Source of the DNA: Selaginella moellendorffii
Lineage: Eukaryota > Plantae > Lycopodiophyta
Reading direction: 5' to 3'
Length of the DNA: 64,000 nt
Assembly: GCF_000143415.4 (NCBI RefSeq)
Contig: NW_003314262.1
Coordinates: 1,167,960-1,231,959, forward strand
The notes under the pieces were generated by a model. It did no database searches and had not been told where the DNA came from. It worked only from the letters and a program-made list of their open reading frames with translations. Shown here one piece after another: positions 1-12,369 of this stretch (its first letter is position 1; every line of letters starts with the position of its first letter). A program made the translations under genes and the position numbers.

Positions 1-1056
1 AATTATTGTTGATATAAAATGATTTACCATTCTTCGGGATAGTAGATTACTTCTTTGATGATAATTATGCATTTCTTTATTGATAGGATGATTGATGATC
101 TTTTATGATAATTAGTTGTGTTATTTAATAGTTTATGGCTTTTTGCATTACTATATATTCTTAATAGTTTGCTCTGGATTTGTCTCTTGGGTTTGAGACA
201 TCAATAAGATGTGGCTGATGCTTACTTGAGCAACTCTGGTTCCTTGGTATTGTTGACTGTGATTTATTTAAATTGGTTACTGTGATAATTAACATAAACG
301 AGTGTTTGTTAATTTTACTGCATTCAATTTGTTCTGTTAATTGTTGATACAATTGGTTATGATAGATTCAATATTATTTTCCTTTTCTTCGAATGATACA
401 CTTGCAAGAATTTTTCTTGCAAGTCGATGATATTTTATATTCTTGTAGTTTTCTTTCGTAAGTTGTTTGGCATGCTATCTACAATCTTTGGTAGTTAAGT
501 TTTATCATTGAGTATTCTTGATGGCACACTTGCTATTGAATTTTGTTAGATGGTGAAAATGATAACTTATATGAAATACTTTTGTGTTCTAATCTAAGAT
601 TTATTCACTAATAATTAAGTCTATAAGATATCATCATCTTTGACTTCGATATTGTCCAATTATTGATCTTTGAGTTTGGGCCAATATAGGCAAATTAGCT
701 TCGGCACTTCATGTGCATAATAAAATTTTTAGTCATGGGGTAACTACTGTCAACTGGTCACATCATCCACTTCTCTCGATGTTCCTTATTTCATAAGGCA
801 TGACCATGTAAACAACTCACTATCTGTATACAGTAGTTTATCTAAACCTTACCGACGAGTTTGGTTTCTTTGCTTAGGAGGGTTGGGGCCTTTGGCTTTT
901 CTCTCTATGTTCCTATAGGAAGGGGCGTATCACACTTTTGTAAGTTGGGTGACAGCCAGAGCAACAAGGGTGGCTAACTCCATTGGTCATTTCCTTGTTG
1001 GCGACGGCCGAATAGGTCTGAGTTGGTAATGCATTTGCGTTAGAAAAAGAGGTTAT

Positions 1057-2811
1057 TGTGAGACACAAAATCCCTAGGCCCCAAAGTGGAGCCGGAAGGG
1101 TGCCACATGGTAGTGGCCGAAGCGAAAGCCAAACGAGCGTAACATGTTTGGACTAAAAGCTCCGACTTGAAAGGTCGAGAGCGGGAGTGGAACTCCCAAC
1201 AAAGGGCTTGAGGAACAAGAATGAAGTGAGCAATAAGCGAGGCTCCAAAAGGGGGCCCAAAAGGACCAACACATGACACGTGGAAGTGTCCGAGATGGAG
1301 TCCGAGATGGACCCAAGTTGGAGTCCGAGATGGAGTCCGAGGTGGACCCGAGATGGAGTCCGAGGTGGAGCCCGAGATGGAGTCCGAGGTGGAGTCCAAG
1401 ATGGACACGAGTTGGAGTCTGAGGTGGAGTCCAAGATGGACCCGAGGTGGAGTCCGAGATGGAGTCCGAGGTAGACCCGAGATGGAGTCTGAGATGGAGT
1501 CCGAGAAGGACTTGAGATGGAGTCCAAGATGGACCCGAGATGGAGTCCGAGATGGACCCGAGATGGAGTCTGAGATGGACCCAAGATGGAGTCCGAGATG
1601 GAGTCTGAGATGGACCCGAGATGGAGTCCGAGATGGAGTTCGAGATGGACCGAGATGGAGTCTGAGATTGAGTCCGAGATGGACCCGAGATGGAATCCAA
1701 GATGGAGTCCGAGAAGGACCCGAGATGGAGTCCGAGGTCAAGATCGAGACCGGGACTGAGACTGAGACCGGGATTGAGACTGAGACCGAGACCGAGACTG
1801 AGACCGGGACCGAGACCGAGACCGAGACCGAGCCCGAGCCCGAGCCCGAGTCCGAGTCCGAGTCCGAGTCCGAGTTCGAGTCTGAGAGGGTGAAAGCCCA
1901 AAGCATTCATCTCCCAGACCCTGGGGGGTTTGGTGAGCTCCAAAAGTATAGTAAGGGGGAGGACTGTAGTGGAGCCAGTTTGGCCAGGAAAGGCCAGTTT
2001 GGCCCAGGAAGGCTGTATCCAGTGTTGGGTGATGAGCTGCCCATTGGGAAGTCCAAGACTAGAGTGAACACGGACCGACAAGCGGGGTAGCTTGGTGAAG
2101 TGTTCAAGAGCCGTCTCTAGTTTCCCCGGGAGATCGACTGGCCGATGCTCCCAGTCCAAGTGTGGGTGGCACTACCTACTTGGATACCAGGCGTGGCTCA
2201 ACAAAACCTCGCTCTAAGCCCATGGCTAGAGCACCTAAAGGCGGAAGGCGGGGAGAGTACCCATGAGGCCCGCGTAGGGCCACGATGTTCCGAAATGTTG
2301 TCCCAAAGTCCTAGACTGTGGAAAGGAAGAGGAGTAGTCCTTTGGAGTAGAGACTAAGGATACAGTCATGTGGCGAGGAAGTCCCAGAGGACCGTGGGAC
2401 TTAATGGTGACCGGAAAAGGGATATTGGGGAAGGCTATTCCCCATGTTTGTGGGCATCCTAAGGATGCTAAGGAGTGGATCTGGGATGATCATTCATGGA
2501 CGGATAGCCCAGTCTTGGAGAGACGGGATTGCAATGCAGGTGGTGTTAGACTACCGATGTGACCAAGGTGAATGAGCATGGCCTAGCATAACGGGCTCAT
2601 ATATCGGTGGTACCTTGGGGTGTCAGTCATGGGATTGGACACGTGGAGCACTTGGACCAAGTGCAAAGGTTGAGTGGCATGGATGCCATTCTCGGGGCTA
2701 GCAAGCCCCAAGTCCTGAATGGGACTTGTGGAGGTTGTGAATGAGACTCCTCCAAGTGGTCGGAGGTGTGGTTAAGTGACTAAACTAGGGTGGAAAAATT
2801 AGTCGCTTACA
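1057..2811 (+). repeat. 5' LTR (family A)
   Basis: TG...CA termini. 1251-2811 aligns with 6079-7623, and the whole length aligns in reverse with 19786-21106. Confidence 0.88.
1289..1885 (+). repeat. Minisatellite in LTR: GAGATGGAGTCC/GAGATGGACCC units, then GAGACC, GAGCCC and GAGTCC hexamers
   Basis: Directly visible tandem array. It generates the low-complexity ORFs in all six frames. Confidence 0.95.
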
Positions 2812-2814
2812 ATT

Positions 2815-2825
2815 TAGTATTGGAG
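2815..2825 (+). other. Degenerate primer-binding site (tRNA-iMet type)
   Basis: TAGTATTGGAG lies 3 nt after the LTR end; the consensus is TGGTATCAGAG (3 transition mismatches). Confidence 0.5.
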
Positions 2826-5800
2826 TTGTTCCTTAGTCTGACTTTTATTGGTGCTCAAGTATATCACCATTGACATTGGCATTGGAAGGTCCTAGGAGTG
2901 GGCCTATCCTTGAGGAGTAGCATGTCGAGACGACATGGCTCTCCACTCACAGAGAGTTGAGGATGTGATCCAGATAAGCGTTTGACTTAGCAAATTGGCA
3001 AATATAATTGTGGTAAACAACTATAGTTGGGATCACGGGGAAGATAGGGACTCCAAAAGAATAAAGGAGTCACAAGATTACCCTTATATAGTTGAGGTTG
3101 ATGCTCATGAATTTGAGACCAGAATTAATAACCGTGAAAGGTTAAGTATGGAAGAGGACTCAAGTCTTTGAAATGGTAGCCGGGGCTACCTTTAATAAAT
3201 GCTGGAACAACCTAAGGAGTTGGGGGGTGTACTTAGAGATGAGTTGGTATTCTCATCACATGGACAAGTAGTCCTAAGGGGCAAAGGTTGCCCCTAGAGA
3301 ACAAAATAAAGTGTCAGAGTAACACTTGTGAAAATAGTCCTTGTGAGTAGGACATGAATACAAGAAGTTGTATTCCAATGAGCTGGTGCCTCACAAGTAA
3401 GACCTTACGGGTCTGTGGATTAACCAAGTCCAAAATTGTTGGATGACTCAAGTAGAGTCAAAGAATGGTCTTAAAGGATTGATAGAAGCATTTGGACTGA
3501 GGTGTGTTGTACCCCATGAAGGATGGGGGGGATCATAGAATCCAAGAATGAGAGCAGAGGGTATCTCATCGATGGCAGAATGTGCCATGCTAAAGTCATG
3601 GGAAAGGCGTTCCCCAAAAAAGAAAGCAACTTTGGCTTAGAGTTGTGTGTGCACTATGGTGCAGTGCTAACTAATAGTTGGCAAAAAAACAAACGACTGT
3701 TTTAGACTTGGCAAAGACCTAGACACAAGTAAGAAGTGTCATAGAGGTAGGCTCATGGAGCCGATGGTGTAGAGACACCAAATGTGCCAAGGTGCAATAC
3801 CTTGAGGTTATGTTGGTGAGTTCATGAGAACCTCTTGCCAAGGGAATCCCAATGGAAATGGGAATGGCATGGCCTAAGCTGTAAGGCATGCAGTTGGAGT
3901 GTGGTGACCTAGATAATGATGGAGGTGTGGAAGCACCAAGCAATGAGTTGTAGAACTTGACAACTATGGGGTAACTAAGCAAGAGGTGCAAGATAATTGG
4001 TTAAACGGGTAGAAGGTAACTACCCAAGACTTCTTGATGGCATAAAGAAGTTAAATATACCTTTACGAGGGATAAATTGCTTATGTTACGATATAATAAG
4101 TCAATGTCGTAAATGGGAATGCTCATTGTCAGGAGGCCATCATTGGAACACCCAAACACTCTAGAACACCAAGAGGTGGTGTTTCGTGTTGCAAGGGCAA
4201 TGGATAAGGCCCAAGGGACTAAGTCTCTAACAAATAATGGATAGAAGGTGCTATCCAAATGTCCAAGGTTGTGGAGATAGGAGAAGACTGTCTATCCTAA
4301 TTGGAGAAAGCCAAAAATGGAATTTTGGCAAGGCTAGTGATGGGCATGTAAAGGCCCATAAGCAACAATGTAATCCCGGTGTGTGAGATTATAGGGTGAG
4401 TATACCCGGATTAAGGAACCACTCCCTAGGATATTAGGTAGGTTCATCCTTGAGAATACTTGCTAAGGCATGATGGAAAGTGCAAAGCTATCCTCTTGGT
4501 CTGGAGGAGAATGACCGAAGTAAAGGTGTGAAGCCAAAAGCAAGAAGTAAAGGGATAGAACCGAACCATAGGAATCGAAGGGCATAACCAAGGTTGGTTA
4601 TGCCAGCTGGGAGTGGAGAATCAAGTGGGGGCTCGAGGGTGTTGTTACTAGCAACCGTGATGCCATGGAAAGTCTAAAATATGGAATTGTCCATGTTAGA
4701 CTATATGGCAATTGGAAAGCTTGCGAAAAAGGAGGCCTTAGCAAGCTAAGGGACAGAGTTCCTTCAAAGTTCCCAAAGACGATATTAGGTAACTTAGTAC
4801 CTAGAAAGGCCAAATGTAAATGGTTCATGGAACGTGCGAAATCAGAGTGGCACAGCAGAAGCGCGGTCTTGAAGCTTGCCATGAGGCAAGGCTATCAAGG
4901 TTAGGGAAGTAGTTCCCGAGTGTTTAAAGAGAGGGCTTTGAACAAAAGTCGATGGTCAAGGACTTTCACGCTTGTGCAGGAACCATGTTACAGTGGTCGG
5001 AGGACTCACCAAGCAAGATTGGCAAGTCAGGGGAACAAATACCCTAGTTGAAGGTGATAACTTCAGAAAAGGTGGGCCATGGGGCCAAGCATGGAGGAGT
5101 CCATGCATGATCATAGACGTGTCAACTAAGGGGACTTGGCAGTGTGGAGGAACTAGGTTCCTAAGCTGTGATCTATAGCGTGCTTTAAGTATAAGTTGGT
5201 GCACCGGCGTGGGGAGTCACGCTAGGCATCTGGGGTGATGCCGTCCGTAGATGCATATATGGAGGTTGGGTTCGAGTCCCAACCCTCTAATGCTTGGGTT
5301 CGAGTCCCAAATCACTAGGGCGTGGTGATGGTTTGGAATATGAGGACACTCATATTTTGGTGGTCATGGACTCTCAGTGAGGAGACTGGTTTGGGCACAC
5401 TGCCAAGCGAGAGATGCCTCGGAGTCGTGATGCACGGTTAGATTGCTTAAAGTGAAAGCTCGGCATATATAACTTGAACACTTTGGTGCAAAGGGCACCA
5501 AGGACGTGGTGAATGAGATGGGGACACCCAAGTCTTAGTTGCTATGGATCCTTGGCTGAAAGGGCTGGCTTGGGCGCACTGCCGAATGTGGGGGATGCCC
5601 CCAGGGTCATAGTCAACAACTTAGAAGGGTCTGGAAGACCTAGTTCCTATTGATAGACCTATTAAGGGGTCAAGATGAGATCACTAGGTGATCTTGTGGC
5701 TAAACAAGGACAAAGTCTTTGTTTGGGTTAAGGAATATGATTCCTAGTTCAAAGTGTTGATTTGAACTATTGATAAAGGTGTGGCTTGGTCAAGGTGACA

Positions 5801-6078
5801 AAGTGGGAAGAACACCTAAGGGAAATGAGCTATGTCAATGCTATGGCATAGTAAGTCCAAGGAAAGTAGTCTCTATAAAAGATCCAAGGGAGGTCTCAAA
5901 AAGTTGGGCCGTGGATAGAGCCCACGACAGAAAATGTTAAAGAGATGTACTAGGGGTGAACACCCTCTAGACTTGGCAAAGCAACGTGTTTGCTATGGAA
6001 CCGAAAGGAAACCTCAAAAATGAAGGTAGCAATCCTATGTTGTTGGGTGTAACAATCAAGGATAGGAGCAAAAGACTA

Positions 6079-6489
6079 GGGGCCCAAAAGGACCAACACA
6101 TGACACGTGGAAGTGTCCGAGATGGAGTCCGAGATGGACCCGAGTTGGAGTCCGAGATGGAGTCCGAGGTGGACTCGAGATGGAGTCCGAGGTGGACCTG
6201 AGATAGAGTCTGAGGTGGAGCCTGAGATGGAGTCCGAAGTGGATTCCGAGGTGGAGTCCGAGATGGACCCGAGGTGGAGCCCAAGATGGACCCGAGGTGG
6301 AGTCCAAGATGGAGTCCGAGATGGACCCGAGATGGAGTTCGAGATGGAGTCCGAGATGGATTCCGAGGTGGAGTCCGAGATAGACCCGAGGTGGAGTCCT
6401 AGATTGAGTCCGAGATGGACCTGAGATGGAATCCGAGATGGAGTCCAAGAAGGACCCGAGATGGAGTCCGAGGTCAAGACCGAGACCGG

Positions 6490-6520
<31 letters not shown>

Positions 6521-7623
6521 GCCGAGACCGAGACCGAGGCTGAGACCGAGACCGAGCCCGAGCCCGAGCCTGAGTTCGAGTCCAAGTCCGAGTCCGAGTC
6601 CAAGTCCGAGTCCGAGGTCGAGTCTGAGAGGGTGAAAGCCCAAAGCGTTCGTCTCCTAGACCCTGGGGGGTTTGGTGAGCTCCAAAAGTATAGTAAGGGG
6701 GAGGACTGCAGTGGAGCCAGTTTGGCCAGGAAAGGCCAATTTGGCCCAGGAAGGCTGTATCTAGTGTTGGGTGATGAGCTGCCCATTGGGAAGTCCAAGA
6801 CTAGAGTGAACACGGACCGACAAGCGGGGTAGCTTGGTGAAGTGTTCAAGAGCCGGCTCTAGTTTCCCCGGGAGATCGATTGGCCGATACTCCTAGTCCA
6901 AGTGTGGGTGGCACTACCTACTTGGATACCAGGCGTGGCTCAACGGAACCTCGCTCTAAGGCCATGGCTAGAGCACCTAAAGGTGGAAGGCGGGGAGAGT
7001 ACCCATGAGGCCCGCATAGGGCCATGGTGTTCCGAAATATTGTCCCAAAGTCCTAGACTGTGGAAAGGAAGAGGAGTAGTCCTTTGGAGTAGAGACCAAG
7101 GATACAGTTGTGTGGCGAGGAAGTCCCAGAGGACTGTGGGACTTAGTGGTCCGGCCTGTGGGCCTTGATCCAGTGGCAGTGTTGGCAAACACGGCCATGA
7201 GTAGATAGGGACTTGGTGGGGACCGGAAAAGGGATATTGGGGAAGGCTATTCCCCATGTCTGTGGGCATCCTAAGGATGCTAAGAAGTGGATCTGGGATG
7301 ATCACTCATGGACGGATGGCCCAGTGTTGGAGAGATGGGATTGCAATGTAGGTGGTGTTAGACCACTGATATGACCAAGGTTAATGAGCATGGCCTAGTG
7401 TAATGGGCTCATATATTGGTGGTACCTTGGAGTGTCAGTCATGGGATCGGACACGTAGAGCACTTGGACCAAGTGCAAAGGTTGAGTGGCATGGATGCCA
7501 TTCTCGGGGCTAGCAAGCCCCAAGTCCTTAATGGGACTTATGGAGGTTGTGAATGAGACTCCTCCAAGTGGTCGGAGGTGTGGTTAAGTGACTAAAGTAG
7601 GGTGGAAAAATTAGTCGCTTACA
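6079..7623 (+). repeat. 3' LTR (family A), lacking its first ~195 bp
   Basis: Homology to the 5' LTR starts abruptly at GGGGCCCAAAAGGACC and runs to GTCGCTTACA. It contains the second minisatellite copy (~6116-6627). Confidence 0.88.
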
Positions 7624-7752
7624 CTTATCTCATACCTCATTTAAGTTGGTGCATTTATCACACAGTATGAATACCATGAACTTTTTCTAGAATTGTTTCC
7701 TTGGCAGTGTTCTAGACTAAAGTATACATTGACAAGGACATTGATCTTCCTT

Positions 7753-8214
7753 AAGGGGGGGAGAGTGTTGTGAATATAACTTTAAGTATCGAAAGTTATT
7801 TGTTAGCTAGTCCTTTCGGATATTCTTTCTTTACTACCACAAAGGTAGGAAGCCCATATTGCTAATCCCTTTTTCAGTTTCCATCTAAGCTAGTTGAGAA
7901 ACTGATCTTCGCATATGCACTTAACCAGATGAACATAAGGACAAAATTCCTAAATGCTATTGGTAAACATACTTATGTTAGAAAGCCCCCTTTTTGCCAC
8001 TAAATTCCTTACCATTACTAATTTCCTAAGCCATTATTCTAGCCATTATTTTAGCCATTACCCAATGGCTTCCTTTGAGATTGATTCCTATTCTTTGGGT
8101 AGTCCATACAACTTGGGTAACATGAACTATCAATTTGGGAGCTTAGAACTAATGGTTTTGATTCTTTCATTTGTATTATAAAGGCTTAATAGCTGTTGTA
8201 AAAACTTGTCTACA
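7753..8214 (+). mobile_element. Polypurine tract plus probable start of a 3' LTR of an older host element
   Basis: AAGGGGGGGAGAG is immediately followed by TGTTG at 7766. The right boundary is uncertain. Confidence 0.45.
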
Positions 8215-8299
8215 ATCAACACTAGTCTTGGGCCTAGCTTTCCCTTGACTTTTCTTATTTTCTCGATTCCCCTTTGTTTTCCTTGATTTTGGAGTTGGT

Positions 8300-11200
8300 T
8301 CCTAACAATTTGATTGTGCAACCATCAAGATGCGACAACTTTTGCAAGGTTCTCATCCCACTTCTGTCTATGCCGCTGATTTTCAACTCCTCACCCTTGA
8401 CACATTGTGGAAAAATCAAGCACTGGTGGATCAGTTTTGATTTGGCCTCTACAACGACGTCAAGGACCTATTGATCACAATGGAAGACCCAAAAAATCTC
8501 AACAACGCCATTGAGAAGGCAGTAAAGTATGACAATCAGCTGTTCAAATGGCATCATGGACCACACCACCATTTCTCTTCTCTAACACCTTGTCTAGCCA
8601 TCACAACTCCCACCTCGACACCCTCTACAGCAACTCCAATGGAGATTGACATCCCACCTCCACTTTTCTTTCCATTCCATTCTTATTTGCAACCATAATC
8701 TTCATCAACTTCCACCTTTCTGCAACTCTAAGGATTCCCGATTCTTGATCACCAATGTTGTATACTACGGTTCTATTGGACTCTAGAGCAACTTCATATT
8801 TCATGGACAAATCTTTTATCCAGCAGCATCAAATCCCCATCTCAACATTTGTTCATGCCACTCAAATTGTTGAAGGCATTGGAGGCCATGTTGTTTCTCC
8901 TCCAACAAGGCTTCGGGCCACAATTCCTCTCTGAGTTTAAGTGTGGGATCTTTGCATTGATGTTGAATTCAAGATCATCTCTAGCAAGCACATTGTTGTG
9001 GTTCTTGGGCTCCCGTGGTTCTATCTTCACAACCCACGGATCGACTAGGAACATTTACGGCTTGCTCCATGGCCCTCAACTCTTGTTGCCAATTCGAGCT
9101 CGGGTTGGCATCCACATCTGCACTAAAGGGTTGGGGTCCTGCTGTACTCAGTTGTGCAGCCAGCAGGTCACTAGCGCTCAACACTCCTTCAACAGGGACC
9201 CATGGAACAGCCATTGCCAAAGGTGCTGCCGGCAACCCATGGCCTGACTATCCATTGTCAGTGGTTATACAACACTTTTCTCTAGATCCATCAGCAAATA
9301 AGTCATGTCTCTCACTCCATTTCACCCCTCCATTACGTTTTCCATCCATTGGCAAGTCAATTGTTTTCCCTTCCCGTCCAGCCATTTCACTGCCATTATC
9401 AAACCCTCAACCCATTCTTGACTTTAGCCCACATCCTTTGTCCATTTCTGCCATCACCATGAAAGAGTTAGTCCACAAGTCTGAACTTCTTCAGTTTTTT
9501 GCTTTGATTGTTAATCCTATTTTTTATTCCATTGAGTCAACTATTTGCTTACTAGCAAAGTATCAGGATTTCCAAGATGTTTTTGACAAGAGAAAAGCTA
9601 GTGGTTTGCCTCCTCACCATCCTTATGATTGTGCTGTGAGTTACAAAAGGGTGCTCAGCCCCTATGGGGGCCCATCTACAATCTCTTGCCATTGGAGTTG
9701 GCTGCCCTCAAGGAGTATGTAGTCTCCAATCTAGAATTTGGCTTCATCCAACACTCTAAGTCACTTGCGGGGGCTCCCATCCTCTTTGTCAAGAAGAAGG
9801 ACAGCACCTTATGGCTGGTGGTTGACTACCACTGCCTCAACAAAGTCACCATGCAGAATCGGTACCCATTGCCTTTGATCTTGGAGTTGCTGGAACAGCT
9901 GGGTGGGGCTTGTTTCCAAGATTGATCTTCAAGGAGCTTACAATTTCATCAGGATCAAGCTTGGGGATGAGTGGAAGACAATTTTCTGAAGCCATTATGG
10001 CCATTTCAAGTATATGGTGATGCCATTTGGTCTTACCAATGCCTCTACCATTTTTCAACATTTGGCAAATAACATTTTTAAGGAGTTTTTGGATCAGTTT
10101 ATGGTTGTTTATCTTGTTTATCTTATCTCTCGCACTCAAGAGTAGCATGATCAGCGTGTATGGCAAGTGTTGGCCAAGCTCTAGGAACACAGCCTTTACA
10201 CAAAGCTTGAGAAGTGTTTCTTTGATCGGGATTCCATTGAGTATTTGGGGTACATTGTGTCTCCACAAGGGGTTGCAATGGATCCTACCAAGGTAAAAAC
10301 GATCCAGGAACGGGAGGTACTGAAGACTATCACCGACATGCAATGTTTTTTGGGTTTCGCTAACTTTTACCATAAGTTCATTGACAGGTACTCTGACCTA
10401 GTGTTGCCAATAACAGCTCTGACGCGCAAGGACATGCCATTCCAGTGGTCCCTGGCTGCCCAATTGTCATTCAACTCCCTCAATGTGGCTTTTGTTTCGG
10501 CCCCGGTTCTCATCCATGCAGATCTTAGCAAGCCATTCTTTGTTGAGGCTGATGCATTTGATTTTGCCTTGGCTGTAGCCATTTCTCAGCTTGGTGATGA
10601 TGAGAAGCTTCATCTGGTCACATTCCATTCCCGAAAGTTCCATGCAGCTGAGATCAACTATAGGATCCATGACAAGGAGCTCCTTGCCATTGTAAACTCA
10701 GTCCATGAGTGGTGCCATTTCCTAGAGGGCACTGTGCATCAGATCACCATGTGGATGGATCATAAGAACTTGGAGTTCTCTTCAACTTGGGTTTTGAGCC
10801 ATCAACAAGTACGGTGGGCTCAACTTCTCTCTTGATTTGATTTCGTTATCCATTATAGGCCAAGAAAGCAACAAGGGTTGATAGATGCTCTTTCCCATTG
10901 GTCCTACCTCAACCTCCAACCTAGTGACCCAGCCTTCAACCACTAGAACCAGGTTCTTCTAGGGCCAGACCGGCTCCAGCTTTTGGCCATCTCAATGGCT
11001 CCATTGGATCTAACTATTACAGTGGCCATTCGACATGATCTTCAATTGGATGACTTTGCTCTGGATGTATTTCCTCATCTTCAACCTGGTTATCCTCCTT
11101 CTTCTGCCTGCACCGGGCTCGACAACTTCACCTTGTTGGATGACATCTTGTACCACAATGACCAACTGTATGTTCTTGCTAGTGATGTTTGATGGCTTGT

Positions 11201-12369
11201 TTTTCAATGGTGACATGATGATCAAGTAGCTGGCCATTACAGTGAGCATAAGACTTTTTAGTTGGTTTCCAAGGATTATTGATGGCCAAAGATGCAGGAG
11301 TTTGTTAAGCACTTCGTGGATTTCTGTGACACATGTGCTTGGAACAAGCTCCTGTACCATTCACCATTGAGGCTGCTCTACTCACTGCATGTGTCAGTGG
11401 CTCCCTAGGAGTCCATTTTGATGGACTTCTTGACTGATCTTCCACCTTCCTATGGTTTTGATTCCATCCTTGTGGTGGGGGATCGATTCACCAAGATCGC
11501 CCATTTCTTGCCTTATTCGAAGTCCATCACCAGTGTAGTAACAGCCACCTTGGTGCTCAAGGAGGTGTTCCGGCTTCATAGCCTGCCAACGGACATCATC
11601 ACTAATAGGGGACTTTAGTTCATCTCTAGGTATTGGCACCATTTTCTCAAGCTACTTGGCACTTATAGCAACCTCTCATCAGCTTATCATCCTCAAACCA
11701 ATGGCCAAACCGAGTGCACCATCCAATCGCTGGAGCAATATCTTCATTGCTTCATCAGCTATCAGCAAAATAACTAGATGCACCTTTTGCCCCTCATGGA
11801 GTTCTTTTACAACAACTCTCGTCACTCTTCCACTTGGTACTCTCTATTCTTTGCCTATACTAGTCATCACCCCCATTTTGATCTCTCTCACCCCCTTTCT
11901 TCCACCACTTTGGCCATTCCATAGGCTAATGCTTTCTTCACTCATCTCCAGACTATTCACACCACCATTTCCCATCATCTCTAGTCTGCCATTGAGTCCC
12001 ATAAGCACTTTGCCAATTGTTATGATCAACTAGCTCCCCTATATGCTATTGGCAACCATGTTTGGCTCCTTTACCACAACATCTCTATGGATCAACCTTC
12101 TAGCAAGCTAGACTAAGTGCCTTGGCCCATTTTCCATCTTCGAGGTACTTAGTCCTGTTTCTTTTTGTCTTGCTTTGCCCACTTCTTACCGTTTGCACCC
12201 CATTTTTCACTCCTCTCTTCTCGAACCTTATATTTCCAACACCATTCCCAATTGCACTTTTCCATCACCTCCTCCTATTGTCCTCCATGATGAGCCTGAG
12301 TTCGAAGTTGCTTCCATTCTTGACTCCAAAATCTCCCACAACCAACACTTTTATCGTTGACTAGCTTGG
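8300..12369 (+). mobile_element. Degenerate Ty3/gypsy chromovirus gag-pol (gag, PR, RT, RNase H, INT, chromodomain)
   Basis: gag-like YAADFQLL...VKDLL; protease LLDSRATS (DSGA-type); [28 protein letters not shown] with YLDD degenerated; RNase H VEADAFDFA, HDKELLAI; INT MDFLTDLP, AYHPQTNGQTE; chromodomain FEVASILDSK. Many stops and frameshifts. Interrupted at 12370. Confidence 0.92.

Larger units (their letters stand above)
1057..7623 (+). mobile_element. Non-autonomous (LARD-like) LTR retrotransposon with no recognisable gag/pol
   Basis: Begins TGTGAG (1057) and ends GCTTACA (7623). Flanks GTTAT/CTTAT match at 4/5, consistent with a 5-bp TSD. Two long direct repeats. Degenerate PBS after the left LTR. 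The internal 2812-6078 region has only short ORFs, and I see no RT/INT motifs. Confidence 0.85.

Noticed and set aside
1-830. Possible LINE remnant (A-rich minus strand); similar at 16700-17150
   Set aside because: No RT or endonuclease motif could be identified.
1041-1056. Purine run before the 5' LTR as a PPT implying a tandem element
   Set aside because: The TSD-like GTTAT/CTTAT pair explains 1057 as the element's outer boundary.
1289-1885. CRISPR-like array
   Set aside because: No unique spacers; it is a eukaryotic minisatellite.
1881-1904. Possible hammerhead ribozyme (CTGAGA-stem-AAA), which would make the element a retrozyme
   Set aside because: The core lacks N7 and G12 of CUGANGA...GAAA, no stems I/III are evident, and family B copies lack CTGA.
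1040-2159. Long overlapping ORFs (up to 361 aa) in LTRs, also at 5967-6849, 13140-13567 and 16028-16605
   Set aside because: Products of stop-poor tandem repeats open in several frames at once; no domain signal.
5197-5310. tRNA gene
   Set aside because: Only T-arm hairpins; no D arm, anticodon arm or acceptor stem.
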